Position numbers and translations under genes: made by a program
Notes under the pieces: generated by a model
The model's input: the letters and a program-made list of their open reading frames with translations, nothing else
Told to the model about the DNA's origin: nothing
Database searches by the model: none
DNA from: a virus
Lineage: Duplodnaviria; Caudoviricetes
Strand: one strand, 5' to 3'
IMG/VR virus record: IMGVR_UViG_3300032291_003809
Span: 1 to 53,298 of that record
Length of the DNA: 53,298 nt
Part shown: piece after piece, positions 47,092-53,298 of the stretch
Layout of the letters: each line of letters begins with the position of its first letter
Position numbering within the stretch: the first letter of the stretch is position 1

Positions 47092-47182
47092 TTTTTTCTT
47101 CAGATTTAACTATGAGCAACCCAATAAGAAATGCTATTACTAAGCAAAATATAGCTGCTCCCATTTTTAATAAATCATACAT
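47078..47182 (-). CDS. 34-aa single-TM peptide
   Basis: MYDLLKMGAAIFCLVIAFLIGLLIVKSEEKNEKD; not in track. Confidence 0.55.
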   Translation of the reverse strand: MYDLLKMGAAIFCLVIAFLIGLLIVKSEEKNEKD

Positions 47183-47195
47183 ATTAATAATCAAT

Positions 47196-48074
47196 TTAAT
47201 AATCAATTTGTTCTATTAAAGGTACATCTGCTTTTTTGTCGCAAGTATCATAAAATGGACATTCTAAGCATCTGATATAATTTGGTCTTGCTTCTAATTT
47301 TTCAGGGTTATTATAATGAAAATCAATATAGCTTTTCATCTTTGGAACAAATACATCTTCATGCAATTGTATATGTTCAGGCTGAATATTAGTTTTAATA
47401 ATCTTTGCCTTTTTAGGGTCTTTAGAAGAGAATATAAAATAGTAAAAAGGTATATCCTCAATACCCTTAGTTTTCTTAATCAAATATTTATAATGGATAG
47501 GCTGCAATAACTGCTTAGACTTATATACTAAGCTTTCAGTATGCCAACCATATTCATTCCATTTATCTTCAATTAAAGCACTATATTTCAAATCAATAAT
47601 ACATTCCTCTCCTTTCCATTTAGCCCTAATATCAGATATTCCACTACATCCATCGTGGGTCATGTACTCTCCAACCTTTAATATTTCAATATTGTGCTTT
47701 TTAACTATGTCTTTAAATAGTAATGCCGAATCTGCAGCTCTTTCATAATCTACAGCAAACTTTTCTTTTGCAGTACCTGCATATACCATTTTTGGCTGAG
47801 GTATTGGGTCTCCTTCTCTCACATAGTCAGTAGCTTTATACTCAAAATAAATTCCAAGTTTAGCAGCTTCACTAGATGGTGTTGGGAGCTTTTCAAAATA
47901 TTGTTTACGAATTTGTAATCCGCAACCTTTTACATTTTCATCGTAGTAATCCACATAAGCTTTTAATAAGCTTTGAGAAAGGTTTGGCTTTGGTTTTTTA
48001 GCAGGTTTGTTTTCTTCAAAGGTATCATTTGCTGATTCCTTCTCAAACTTTTGGAAGTCTAGGTTTTGTTGCAT
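47196..48074 (-). CDS. PD-(D/E)xK exonuclease, Cas4/AddB-like; likely RecT partner
   Basis: LSQS, GISD...IIDLK, Q...Y, C-terminal CLECPFYDTC. Confidence 0.75.
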   Translation of the reverse strand: MQQNLDFQKFEKESANDTFEENKPAKKPKPNLSQSLLKAYVDYYDENVKGCGLQIRKQYFEKLPTPSSEAAKLGIYFEYKATDYVREGDPIPQPKMVYAGTAKEKFAVDYERAADSALLFKDIVKKHNIEILKVGEYMTHDGCSGISDIRAKWKGEECIIDLKYSALIEDKWNEYGWHTESLVYKSKQLLQPIHYKYLIKKTKGIEDIPFYYFIFSSKDPKKAKIIKTNIQPEHIQLHEDVFVPKMKSYIDFHYNNPEKLEARPNYIRCLECPFYDTCDKKADVPLIEQIDY

Positions 48075-48217
48075 TTTTTATGGTTTTTTTTTATGGTTCT
48101 AATAATTCTTGAGAATACGAAACAAATACCACCCATTAAATATAACACAATAATCATTAATGGTACAGCTACGCACATTAAAAGAAATAATAAAGTTACT
48201 GTTATTGGGTCTGTCAT
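48059..48217 (-). CDS. 52-aa membrane protein
   Basis: MTDPITVTLLFLLMCVAVPLMIIVLYLMGGICFVF...; not in track. Confidence 0.55.
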   Translation of the reverse strand: MTDPITVTLLFLLMCVAVPLMIIVLYLMGGICFVFSRIIRTIKKNHKKCNKT

Positions 48218-48218
48218 T

Positions 48219-48524
48219 TTAATCATTTGAAAAGTAATCCCTTTTAATTTCTTTTAAGTTTTTAGCCTTGTCAATAACTTTCATCGCATCTTCAATTGAA
48301 TCATACTCTACAACAATCGCTTCTTCTCTCAATATCTCCTCATTCTTAAATTTGTGCCTTTCACAATATAAATTATCTCCTGTGGTCAAAAAAATGTTCT
48401 TTTTATAGTCAAAAGCATTAGTAACCCTCATCAGGGAGCAGCTTTTATAATCTTGATGGTAGAACCTGCAGCTAGAACACTTTCTTATCATCGGGAGGCT
48501 CTTTTGGTTTAAATAAAATTCCAT
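48219..48524 (-). CDS. Small Cys-motif protein
   Basis: CSSCRFY...C...YCERH. Confidence 0.7.
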   Translation of the reverse strand: MEFYLNQKSLPMIRKCSSCRFYHQDYKSCSLMRVTNAFDYKKNIFLTTGDNLYCERHKFKNEEILREEAIVVEYDSIEDAMKVIDKAKNLKEIKRDYFSND

Positions 48525-48533
48525 GTTTGTTTT

Positions 48534-48986
48534 TTAAAATAGGGTTATTTGTGGTGTTTCGTTGGTGGTTTCTTCTATTTTGTAAACCTCCTTATAGAAT
48601 AAAATTACTGAATCATTCACAATGTTCAAAAAATCAACCATATCATCTACCATAGTTGTTTTACCCTTTAAAACAGTTATTTTTCTATTTTCATCAAATT
48701 TCTTGGTTACAAAACCATTTGATTTGAAATTAGTTAAAACTCTACCCGTCTCCTTCTGTAACATATCAATATGCTTCTTAAACTGACCCCTGTGAGATTC
48801 ATGGCTAGAAGTCATTTCTGTAAGTTGCTGTTTAAGCCCAAGGGTGTTTTCTGCATAGATATTATATGCCTTATCCCCTAGTTTTTCAGCCAATCTTCGT
48901 CTTTTAGCCTCTGTCAGCTCAGGGTATTCCACCTCTAAAATTGTTAAAAAAGAGTGGAAAATATTTTCTTTTAAATGATTTTTCAT
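48534..48986 (-). CDS. Hypothetical protein
   Basis: 150 aa; ends QITLF, resembling a beta-clamp-binding QLxLF motif. Confidence 0.7.
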   Translation of the reverse strand: MKNHLKENIFHSFLTILEVEYPELTEAKRRRLAEKLGDKAYNIYAENTLGLKQQLTEMTSSHESHRGQFKKHIDMLQKETGRVLTNFKSNGFVTKKFDENRKITVLKGKTTMVDDMVDFLNIVNDSVILFYKEVYKIEETTNETPQITLF

Positions 48987-49079
48987 ATTATCTTTGGTTT
49001 ACGATTCACTTACTTCTAGTCCAAATTCGTGAAACTTCGTTACTGAGAGCAGTCTAGGTTTGAGCCATTCTGCTCTCTT

Positions 49080-49823
49080 TTAATTTATATCCTTTTCTTC
49101 TTCGTTTAATTTTGGTTTTTCAGGTTCTACAAGCTGCTTCCATTCAAGGCTAACAGTATCTAAATAAGTCTGTATAATTTCCCTGTTGGCAGGTGTATCT
49201 CTATAATAAATACAATCAGTCTTGTAGCATATAAAATCTTCTCCAAGCATTTTAGCCATAATCATCATGTGCTCGTAACAAGCATAACGAATATTATTGT
49301 ATACTTTTTGCAGAATAGGGTCAAATTTCAGCTCAATTGTTTTATTGGTCATTTCCCCATCCTTTATGACTATATACTCTTTATGGGAGGCTAAATTGGC
49401 AAGAGAGGCCAATCTAAGTGCTTTGTCCTTTAGTAATAATCCTTTTTGATAGGTTTTAGGCTTAATTATGCCCTCTAAGTATGCAATACGCCAATAAGCA
49501 TGGTCTACATCTGTAGCCGTTATTTTGCCTCTAAAACTGCGATTCTTTGCGTTCCAATAATTTACGGGGAGTTTTTCTTTTTCTCTGATTCTACGGTTCT
49601 CTATATAATCTTTCACATCGTTTTGAACGCTACGGAATATCCATACTCCTGTAGTAACCTTCTTTTTAGGAGAAGGAAATAAAAACTTTCTATTTTGCCA
49701 AATTAATTCATCGGAGAATGACCCTTTGCGGTAGTAAGCTATTCCTTTCTTTCCTTTAAGCTTATCTAGTATTATCTTTTGTTGGTCGTGTCTCAGTATG
49801 GTAAATCCATTTTGTAAAGACAT
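49080..49823 (-). CDS. Miniature family-B DNA polymerase-like palm-domain protein
   Basis: ATDVDHAYW (motif A-like), KALRLASLANL (B-like), ICYKTDCIYY (motif C-like). Confidence 0.5.
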   Translation of the reverse strand: MSLQNGFTILRHDQQKIILDKLKGKKGIAYYRKGSFSDELIWQNRKFLFPSPKKKVTTGVWIFRSVQNDVKDYIENRRIREKEKLPVNYWNAKNRSFRGKITATDVDHAYWRIAYLEGIIKPKTYQKGLLLKDKALRLASLANLASHKEYIVIKDGEMTNKTIELKFDPILQKVYNNIRYACYEHMMIMAKMLGEDFICYKTDCIYYRDTPANREIIQTYLDTVSLEWKQLVEPEKPKLNEEEKDIN

Positions 49824-49843
49824 ATTTTATGGTTTTTTTATGG

Positions 49844-50722
49844 TTATTTTTTATTCTTAAATGCTAATATACTCTTTTTTTGTTTTTCAAATTGTGCTTT
49901 AGTAATAACTTTTTGCTTTACTAATTCTTGTAAAGACTTAATTGCGTTTCTAACTGCTGCGTTCAATTCTTTCTTTTGCTCTGCAGGTTTCTTTGGAGCT
50001 GTCTTTTTTGCTATTCTTTTTCTCTTTCTTTTTTCCTTCTGCAACTCTTTAAACTTACCCGCTAAGTAATCATTAATTTGGTCTACTTTCTTTTGTTCTG
50101 TAGATGGCAAATCAAAGTTTACTGATTCATCATTAGCTTCAGGGACATCATTTATGTAAAGGATATATTCTACAAAGTAGTTATCAGGATTACCATTGTT
50201 CTTTTTATTATGTTTCAGCTTAACAACCCCACTAAAGTAAGCCATACCTGATTGGTTCTGTGCTAACTCTTCTCTGATGTTCTCAGTTATCTTTCTTACA
50301 CCATCTCCATAGTAGCTATAGTTTCTAGTATTAAATACTTTTGTTTTGCCTAAAGCCCCTGCATTAACTCTAACATCAAGGCAGTCAGGAAGTACAGTCC
50401 TGATATGGTTATCAATCTCATAGTATTCAACAAAAGCTAGATAAGCTTCAGATAGATATAAAGGATTACAAATTTCTTTTGGGGGAAGGGTCTTAACTAC
50501 TCTTCTAATATCTGTCCTAATCTCTCTTAAAGAAAGCTTATCTTTTGCTTTAAACTTTGGGTAAATAATATCGCTGACAATCTTCCTTCTCTTTGTAGCA
50601 CCAATCTTTTGCTGATTAGGTAGCTTATTGTTTGCCTCTCCTAATTCTCTCACTAAAAAGTTGTAAAGCTTTATTCCCTTCAGTTGGGACACATTTACTT
50701 TCTTTTTTTTGTTAGGAGCCAT
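49844..50722 (-). CDS. Basic (Lys/Arg-rich) hypothetical protein, probable DNA binder
   Basis: 292 aa with very basic termini. Confidence 0.7.
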   Translation of the reverse strand: MAPNKKKKVNVSQLKGIKLYNFLVRELGEANNKLPNQQKIGATKRRKIVSDIIYPKFKAKDKLSLREIRTDIRRVVKTLPPKEICNPLYLSEAYLAFVEYYEIDNHIRTVLPDCLDVRVNAGALGKTKVFNTRNYSYYGDGVRKITENIREELAQNQSGMAYFSGVVKLKHNKKNNGNPDNYFVEYILYINDVPEANDESVNFDLPSTEQKKVDQINDYLAGKFKELQKEKRKRKRIAKKTAPKKPAEQKKELNAAVRNAIKSLQELVKQKVITKAQFEKQKKSILAFKNKK

Positions 50723-50757
50723 AGTGGTTTAAATTTGGAAGGGGGACAACGAAAATA

Positions 50758-51087
50758 CTAAATAAATTTATAATAATCTCTGACAATTTCATTGAGTCTA
50801 ACACCTAATAGTTTTTCTCTAGTAGTTACAGTTAAATGGAACTCAATTCTTAATAATTTATCTATCAAAATGCTTGATACACAAAGTAATAGGTACTTGT
50901 CTCCACTTTTTATCCCTGCTCTATAAATATCCCTCCAATCCATTTTATGCTTTTCGGCTATGGTTGTAAAGACCTTTTCAAATACCTCATATTGATATTT
51001 GCAATCATGTATTTGTAGGCTGTAAATAAATTCGTTTTGTAGGTATTTATGCTTTCGTAACTTCTGCATAACTGAACTTGGTATCAT
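50758..51087 (-). CDS. Hypothetical protein
   Basis: 109 aa, tiles operon. Confidence 0.65.
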   Translation of the reverse strand: MIPSSVMQKLRKHKYLQNEFIYSLQIHDCKYQYEVFEKVFTTIAEKHKMDWRDIYRAGIKSGDKYLLLCVSSILIDKLLRIEFHLTVTTREKLLGVRLNEIVRDYYKFI

Positions 51088-51517
51088 TGTCGTTTCGTGG
51101 TTTTTCGTATGGTCTAATTAAGTTAAAATCTAAAAACTTTTGTAATTCAAATCCCTGTTGCTTAAAGTTTAAAAAGGTGCCTTTCTCTTCTATAAGCTTT
51201 TTTGGGAAAACATAAAGTTTGTCATCATCAACTCTTAAAGCTATGGTCTTTATATGGATAAGGTTGCTGCTAAGTATTTCCCAATTAAAGCCAAATCCTC
51301 CCGCTTTCCTGTGGTAGTGCTTGTCGCAATACCTAACGCAGTTAAATGTGGCTGATTGAACATCTACATAGCCTAATAAACGGGGTTTTCTGAGGTTAGC
51401 TAGTTTAAGGTGTATTGTGGCCCAAGTCCATTCCTTGTTTTCATCGTAGAATCCTCTAACGATAAGTGCATTACCTTGTTTGTCTTCTTTTCCAAATACT
51501 TTACTTCCGATGTCCAT
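51047..51517 (-). CDS. Hypothetical protein
   Basis: 156 aa; AACC before ATG. Confidence 0.7.
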   Translation of the reverse strand: MDIGSKVFGKEDKQGNALIVRGFYDENKEWTWATIHLKLANLRKPRLLGYVDVQSATFNCVRYCDKHYHRKAGGFGFNWEILSSNLIHIKTIALRVDDDKLYVFPKKLIEEKGTFLNFKQQGFELQKFLDFNLIRPYEKPRNDNDTKFSYAEVTKA

Positions 51518-51644
51518 GGTTCATTTTTTTTATGGTTTTATAAATATCAATTAAGCCCTGAAGTGTGATGGCTAAAACATATACTAAAATTCCTAGTGGA
51601 AGAGAGAAAAATAAGAATTTTAATAGCTGTAATATTGACCTCAT
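51501..51644 (-). CDS. 47-aa membrane protein
   Basis: MRSILQLLKFLFFSLPLGILVYVLAITLQGLI...; not in track. Confidence 0.55.
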   Translation of the reverse strand: MRSILQLLKFLFFSLPLGILVYVLAITLQGLIDIYKTIKKMNHGHRK

Positions 51645-51652
51645 ATCCAAAG

Positions 51653-51856
51653 TTAATTTCTAAATCTATAATGTGAACGAGGATTTCTTAAATGTTTATA
51701 ACTTTCGTATCTGTGTGGATATATCGGTCTATACTGATAAGGTCTGCTATAGTAATAAGCACGATTATAACCAACTCCGTAAGATAACAACGGGTCTACG
51801 ACTACACAACCTGATAATGATATTACAATAGCTAAAAGTAAAATAAGTTTTTTCAT
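51653..51856 (-). CDS. Small lipoprotein
   Basis: MKKLILLLAIVISLSGC lipobox; start reassigned to 51856. Confidence 0.75.
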   Translation of the reverse strand: MKKLILLLAIVISLSGCVVVDPLLSYGVGYNRAYYYSRPYQYRPIYPHRYESYKHLRNPRSHYRFRN

Positions 51857-51860
51857 AAAA

Positions 51861-52130
51861 TTAGTTTGCGTGATTAAAAATCCCTGCATTTCCATCTTCT
51901 AATATTACAGGGTCCTGCTGATTAATATACATAATCCAACCTTTAAATTTAGTTCTCATTAAAGACCTGTAACTAGCTTGGTCTTCTCTTGCTGCTTGTT
52001 CCATAATAGCCTTTTCAAGGTCTTCTATTTCTCTAGCTAATTTTAATCTAGCTACGATTATGTTGTCTGCTGAAACTACAAAAAAGTCTTGTGCTACATA
52101 AGCTGTGTCAGCCCAAATGTATGTTTTCAT
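51861..52130 (-). CDS. Hypothetical protein
   Basis: 89 aa, tiles operon. Confidence 0.65.
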   Translation of the reverse strand: MKTYIWADTAYVAQDFFVVSADNIIVARLKLAREIEDLEKAIMEQAAREDQASYRSLMRTKFKGWIMYINQQDPVILEDGNAGIFNHAN

Positions 52131-52135
52131 ATTTT

Positions 52136-52774
52136 TTAAATTAAAGGCATTGGAATAAAATTGTGAATTAAAGTGGGGTTTACTTCTAAATACAGAAACT
52201 TTTCATCAGATTTTAATACTTCAACAGGGATTAAGTCAAAAGCAATGGTTACTCTAAACTTTCCGTCATTAAGCCATTCTGAGCTCCTATGTCCATCTCC
52301 TTCAGATTTGCCTATTACACATAATCCGTCATGGCTAGGTATGGTTATTATATCAGATACATTTGGAATTTTATAGTCTGTATGGGATGGGTGCTCTCCT
52401 TCGGTATTAACACAATAAAAACCATGATATGTTTTATATCTAGGGTTCCAATGGCTGTGCCAATCAATATTCCTGCCCTTTTCAAAAAGGTTAACCCAAC
52501 AGCGTACATAGTACTCTTTCCCTGTATCAATTACTTGTGGGAATTGGTTAATCATATTCTTATATAATTTAGCCAAATTAGGACATGGGAAATTAAATAA
52601 GTTGTATTGCTGATGATAATAACTCGTAAAACTATTGTACTTATTATTTTCCTTAATTGGTGGATAAAACTTCTTTAAAGCTTCTTCTACATCAATACAG
52701 GTTTTATATAGCTTTTCATTATCAATACCATGGAAGTCAAATGTCCATAGGTAGTCTTTTACTATTTCTTTCAT
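52136..52774 (-). CDS. 2OG-Fe(II) oxygenase-like protein
   Basis: CWVN...WHSH...HGFYCV...HRS...RVTIAFD. Confidence 0.75.
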   Translation of the reverse strand: MKEIVKDYLWTFDFHGIDNEKLYKTCIDVEEALKKFYPPIKENNKYNSFTSYYHQQYNLFNFPCPNLAKLYKNMINQFPQVIDTGKEYYVRCWVNLFEKGRNIDWHSHWNPRYKTYHGFYCVNTEGEHPSHTDYKIPNVSDIITIPSHDGLCVIGKSEGDGHRSSEWLNDGKFRVTIAFDLIPVEVLKSDEKFLYLEVNPTLIHNFIPMPLI

Positions 52775-52779
52775 AGGTT

Positions 52780-52875
52780 TTATCTAAATATTTCATCTTG
52801 AAGTAATGCTGTAGCTATAAAGCACAATAATACTATAATGGCTGATTCAATGTTTGTTTTGGTTTGCTTATTCAT
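52780..52875 (-). CDS. 31-aa single-TM peptide
   Basis: MNKQTKTNIESAIIVLLCFIATALLQDEIFR; AACC before ATG; not in track. Confidence 0.5.
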   Translation of the reverse strand: MNKQTKTNIESAIIVLLCFIATALLQDEIFR

Positions 52876-53077
52876 GGTTATTTGGTTTTGAAAATCTATA
52901 AATAGTAGTTACAGTTGCTCCACCCATAAACCCATAAGCTAAAGAAGCGTTAATAGGGTACAGGAAGAAAAAACTAATTAAAGAACAAATAATAAAAAAG
53001 AATACTGCAAAAGCCCACTTATTGTTAATAAGGAAGTCTAATACATCATAAACGAAGTCTTCTAATTTTTCTTTCAT
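52868..53077 (-). CDS. Small two-TM membrane protein
   Basis: WAFAVFFFIICSLISFFFLY...LAYGFMGGATV. Confidence 0.7.
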   Translation of the reverse strand: MKEKLEDFVYDVLDFLINNKWAFAVFFFIICSLISFFFLYPINASLAYGFMGGATVTTIYRFSKPNNHE

Positions 53078-53136
53078 GGTTTGATAGTTTTATGGTTATT
53101 TGATAGCACTAAATTAGATTTTATTTACATACAACC

Positions 53137-53144
53137 CAAATTTA
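53137..53144 (-). promoter_or_regulatory. Bacteroidota-type -7 box TAAATTTG heading the minus-strand operon
   Basis: CAAATTTA on + strand, about 60 nt upstream of the first ATG. Confidence 0.5.
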
Positions 53145-53243
53145 TTTGTTAAAATTTTCTAAATACTTTTTATGTATACAATTCCCTGAAACTTCTCCTC
53201 TCTCCTCCAAAACGGCCAAAACCCCCTCACAATCTCACAGAAC

Positions 53244-53290
53244 CGCCCCAAATTTTAAATTTCGCCCCAAAACCATATCATTACCCCAAA
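53244..53290. repeat. CCCCAAA repeats at 19-nt period
   Basis: CCCCAAA starts at 53246, 53265, 53284. Confidence 0.7.
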
Positions 53291-53298
53291 AAGACCTT

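Noticed and set aside
47196-48074. Cas4-like nuclease as evidence of a CRISPR-Cas system
   Set aside because: No array or other cas genes; proximity to RecT fits a recombination exonuclease
50730-50737. TAAATTTG box in the 50723-50757 gap
   Set aside because: Oriented opposite to the surrounding genes; likely chance, though an antisense promoter is not excluded
1-53298. Eukaryotic giant virus (NCLDV) origin suggested by A32-like ATPase, collagens and glycosyltransferases
   Set aside because: Overlapping operonic genes, intrinsic terminators, PG-binding domain, lipobox and RecT indicate a bacterial host; no NCLDV core genes seen
1-53298. Alternative genetic code, tRNA genes or integrase
   Set aside because: Standard-code ORFs tile the window almost completely; no cloverleaf or recombinase motifs recognised

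Overview
AT-rich, densely coding fragment of a large bacteriophage-like dsDNA virus genome; signals (no Shine-Dalgarno, TAnnTTTG-type promoter boxes, lipobox, peptidoglycan-binding domain, RecT) point to a Bacteroidota host. No terminase, portal, HK97 capsid or tail-tube genes are recognisable. Instead there is an A32/FtsK-HerA-type packaging ATPase, a terminator-bounded, strongly codon-biased beta-rich capsid candidate (with a distant paralog next to a spike-like gene), about 25 small membrane-anchored proteins sharing a recurring [F/Y]-x-[N/G/D/S]-[A/F]-x-G motif, and a HExxH metalloprotease. Together these suggest a tailless, membrane-containing virion with proteolytic maturation. A fibre module follows: a 1430-aa Gly-Ser/Thr triplet protein with three internal copies of a domain that also forms the N-terminus of three S74-chaperoned collagen fibres, plus a 1364-aa Cys/Thr-rich mucin-like protein. 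It is flanked by a large modification toolkit (eight 2OG-Fe(II) oxygenases, about seven glycosyltransferases including an Aah/TibC-like heptosyltransferase, a sulfotransferase, APS kinase, two methyltransferases). The right end is a minus-strand early/recombination operon (RecT, Cas4-like nuclease, a miniature PolB-like palm protein, small membrane ORFs) preceded by a C-rich 19-nt-periodic element. All family calls are from motif recognition by eye, with no database searches.
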